A stretch of 63,995 nt of DNA, filler included, from Bonamia ostreae (taxonomy: Eukaryota): assembly GCA_040357525.1 (NCBI GenBank). It is 12 parts of 12 records of this genome, joined end to end, with 100 filler letters (N's around TTAATTAATTAA, not from the genome) between each part and the next. Parts side by side here need not be neighbours in the genome. Positions count along the whole stretch, not along the records: positions 58,925 to 63,995 come from JBDODL010000230.1; 11 more parts are not named here. One strand, written 5' to 3'. Within the stretch, counting starts at the first letter, position 1, and each line of letters opens with the position of its first letter. The position numbers were made by a program, and so were the translations under genes. The notes under the pieces were generated by a model, which saw only the letters and a program-made list of their open reading frames with translations, ran no database searches and was not told the origin of the DNA. Of the stretch, positions 60,566 through 63,995 are shown one piece after another.

Positions 60566-63333
60566 TTAAGAATTTATGATCAAGATTATTAAAATCGTGA
60601 CTACGATGCTTTCGATTTTCTTCGCATTCGATTTTTCTGACTTGATTAACAAAAAATTCTTCTTATCAATATCGATGCTATCGTTCTCTGCATCTTTTTT
60701 TAAACAAATCTGCTTCGTCCAAGCGCTCACACTAAATTTGATGTATCCGCTTGCGATATTCAACTCGTTCTCAGCTATGAAAGGCCCTTCGTAGTCGTCG
60801 ATGCATGTGTAGCAGCATGTAACTTCTTCAATTGAATTCATTACGCAGTTTTCCCAGTTTATAATCGATCTAGCATTTTCGGACCGCGCGAAAGAAAGAG
60901 TTCCATTGTTTAATTTTTCAGAACACATCGGAATGACCCACTTCCCATTTTGGCACCAAATCACTCCTTCACACGTTCTCGACCTATCTTTGTCGTAAGG
61001 CATAGCAATCCTACTCCCATAGCACATAAATCTGCAGACGGATCCTTCAGCGTGAAAGCCGCATTCACTTTTGACATATTCCCCATTTTTCAAATCGGGC
61101 AATTCCCCGCAATAAGCGGATTCCGTTATTTCCACACTGCAAATCAAAAAATTTGATGACACCTCTTTTGCGAAGATCCCGCCTTCTTCGACCGACGCTG
61201 CGAACCAAGAGCCGCCTTCGCAAACTAATCGCAACTTTTCATTTTCAGATAATACAAATTTGCCGATCTGACATATTATTGTGCAAGACTGGCCACTTGA
61301 AACTTTGTTTCTGTTCCCACAGTCAGAAGATGCACTTATCCCATGTTTATCCTTAAGCAACTTGGACAGATCGCATTCCGAATTTTTGTCTCTGATCATT
61401 ACAACTGTACTGTTCGTTAGGAATTTTGGCAATGTGCACAAAAACTCGTTTTTGCTAAAAATCTTGCCAACTTTATAAATGTTGTGAACCCAGACGCCAT
61501 TATAACAAGACGAATAAGCTAAGCTAAAATTTTGTTTTGACTGCAATCCTAACCGACATCTCAAAGAACATCGTTTTCCATTTTCTATCACTTTAGAACC
61601 GCTGCAGTTTCCTGTTGTGAACGTTGAATACAGATCATTTGTAGGGCAGTACATTATATTTGCCGAAACTGCTATTCAAATAAAAAAAACCTTCTTTGCA
61701 TTCCATTTTGCCTACTTTCAAAGAAAACTTTCCATTTGAATTCCTTGAATACCACCGCGAATCTTGGCATTTAACATCGATTTCGACGCCAATTTTACGG
61801 TTTTGGTTTATAAAGATAGTTGAATTGCATTTTATTTTACAAATGTCTCCATTGTAAACGAACCCTTTGCTTTTTTTACACACAAGCAACTTGGCATTTT
61901 TTGGGACTACCGAGTTTTTGTATTGGCAACCGTGATCAAGATCCAAGCAGTTGAAAGTATTTATTTTGAAAGCATTAAAATTTTTGCTCTCAAACTTTCC
62001 ATATTTGTTGCAAGTTAAGATTTGTTCTTTCTCACCAGAGACGCTCAATCCTCTTTTGCACTTTAGTTCACAAATGTCCAAGTAATCCACTCTCGGTTGA
62101 GTGCAATTTGTTTCGACTCCTATTTTTTCTAGTCTTTTCGTAAGACAAAACTCTAAAATTAACGTAAAAACGTGGAATGCATTCGAAGAAGAACTTTTTA
62201 ATACCGTCGTTTGAATCTTTTTCAAACCAAATGCCATCATAGCAGAAAATTAGCTTTACTTCGCTAAATTTGCAATCCCATTTACAGAAAGTACCACTTG
62301 TGAAGTATTGAGCTTTGGAGCATTCGAATATGTTCTTCATATTTTTAATTTGAGTGTGAGAGCATGTTTTATTCGAGTGACAAAATATTTCGATGTTGCT
62401 TGGATCGAATAATGAACCGTCTTCGTTTACAAATTCTCCAAAAGAATCGCACAAAACTGATTTTTCTCTATTATTTATTCCAAAGTCATCCGAAAATCCG
62501 TTAATGCAACTGATTGAACATCGACCACCAATCGGAATCGTGCTCAAATTGTGACAGTTGCCTGTGTGCATTGCATCAGAATACAAATTATTTGGACAGA
62601 ATCTTTTTCTGCATTTGTTCAACGACTTGTTCGTCTCAAAGTTAATCCATTTTCCGAATAGACATTTAACCTTTTTTATCTCTCCACATTCGGCATCACA
62701 AACTGATTCGGATGGAATGTATCTCGATTGGTTTAAAATTTTAATGCCATTCTTAATGCAACCTGTAATTTTTGTTGTCGTATTTAGAGAAAAAGTATCG
62801 CAATGAGAATCGTCAAAGCACATCAAGTATTTGCCTATAAATTTATCTAGATTTGCGACAAGTTTAGCCGTATTCAACTGAAAGAATTTTCCTCCTTCTC
62901 CGCATTTGATCAAAGGAATTTCGTCATTTATTCTCAATCCCTTTTTGCACCGGAATCTGCATATTGTGTTCCGTTTTATTGCTGTTTTGCTGCAATTCCA
63001 ATCAAAATTTATTTTTTTTATAATATCGACATAGCACAATTCTTCTTCACTCCTTACACATAATGGATTTTGCCCGGTAAATGTTTTCCCTCTATATTTG
63101 AGTTGTCCGTTGACACAGTGGGCATACGGGATGCTTGGAACCAAAAAATTTTTTTTAATCCGAAACTTCTCATTTTTGCATCCAATATAGCAAATGCGAT
63201 TTTCTTTTATAAAATCACTGTTTAGGCTAAATTCATCGCCACATATTTGATCAGGTATCGAATAAATATCTTTGTTCTCGAACACACAGTCACACTGGAA
63301 TTTTTTTAAAATAATTAAAAAAATTATCGACAT
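60566..63333 (-). CDS. Cys-rich sushi/CCP-like repeat protein with a hydrophobic C-terminus (GPI-signal-like)
   Basis: Signal peptide; repeated C..G..C.(I/F).C..G...(L/I).C..G.W modules; 19-nt intron 62153-62171; ends IVVTILIILIINS*. Confidence 0.85.
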
Positions 63334-63995
63334 TTTTATTTTTGGAAAATGCATTTTGCAATTAAATTATACAATAGATACCGACTTTTAATCTTTATAG
63401 TGTTTCTAAACCAAGAAATTATAATTTTATTTCTTCCAAAATTTCTATTGAGAGAGATATGTTCTCTTTTTAAACTCGGTTTTTTTCGTGTCAAATCGCT
63501 TTCCGAGTTTTTAAAGAGAATCTCTTTTTTGATTTATTCGATTTTGATCTTTTTTCGATGAATTTTTTATTGAACAAAATTCAATGTTCATTTTTCTTGT
63601 TTTCGTTACCCACTTTTTATCTTCTAAAAAGTTGATTCTCTTTGCAATTTCATTTTCATCGATTTTTTAATTCAATATTGTCGATTCCAATATTGTATTT
63701 TTCTAACTCCATCTAGAAATTTTTTATTATCGATTTTTGTTTTTTCTATCTTTTCTAACACCTTTTTGTTTATTTCAACAAAACTCATGTATTTTTTTAA
63801 TAAATATGTCATTATTTTAAAGAAATTTATGGCCATACTTTAAAAGTAAGACAGTTCTTCTCACTCCATGGATTCAATTTTCAAAAATTTTATTACATCT
63901 TCTTTGTCAGCAGATTAAACAATGTTTTGTATAATCTGGCTTTGGTCGGGAAACTCCAAATTGGACTTCCATATTCCAAAACACTTCTCACGTGG

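Noticed and set aside
1-63995. Stop-codon reassignment, programmed frameshifting or mass pseudogenisation to explain the fragmented ORFs
   Set aside because: Every break I traced is resolved by a short GT-AG intron under the standard code; the intronless SmD2 and SNW1 read normally.

Overview
The window is not one locus. It is 12 contigs of about 5.2-5.3 kb, sorted by decreasing length and joined by N-TTAATTAATTAA-N linkers, so adjacency across a linker means nothing. Eleven contigs come from a compact, AT-rich eukaryote with very short (mostly 19-35 nt) GT-AG introns. The architecture suggests a reduced parasitic protist, possibly ascetosporean/haplosporid-like (inference only). These contigs carry housekeeping genes (RAD50, COQ4, SmD2, RPN2, myosin, FNTA, DTYMK, PDI, PDHB, HINT1, NOL10, RBM28, SNW1, rhomboid), a secreted S1 protease, a GH19 chitinase and five genes for Cys-rich sushi/CCP-like surface proteins. 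One contig (21521-26779) is intronless bacterial phage DNA with tail, HhH and holin genes. Most notable: (1) a GC-rich ~450-nt putative Pol III ncRNA locus at 33191-33646 (-), with two B-boxes, alternative long helices and a 3' tRNA-like domain; (2) a predicted switchable RNA pseudoknot in the phage intergenic region 23980-24074; (3) the expanded Cys-rich surface family; (4) a GUUUU-donor micro-intron system.
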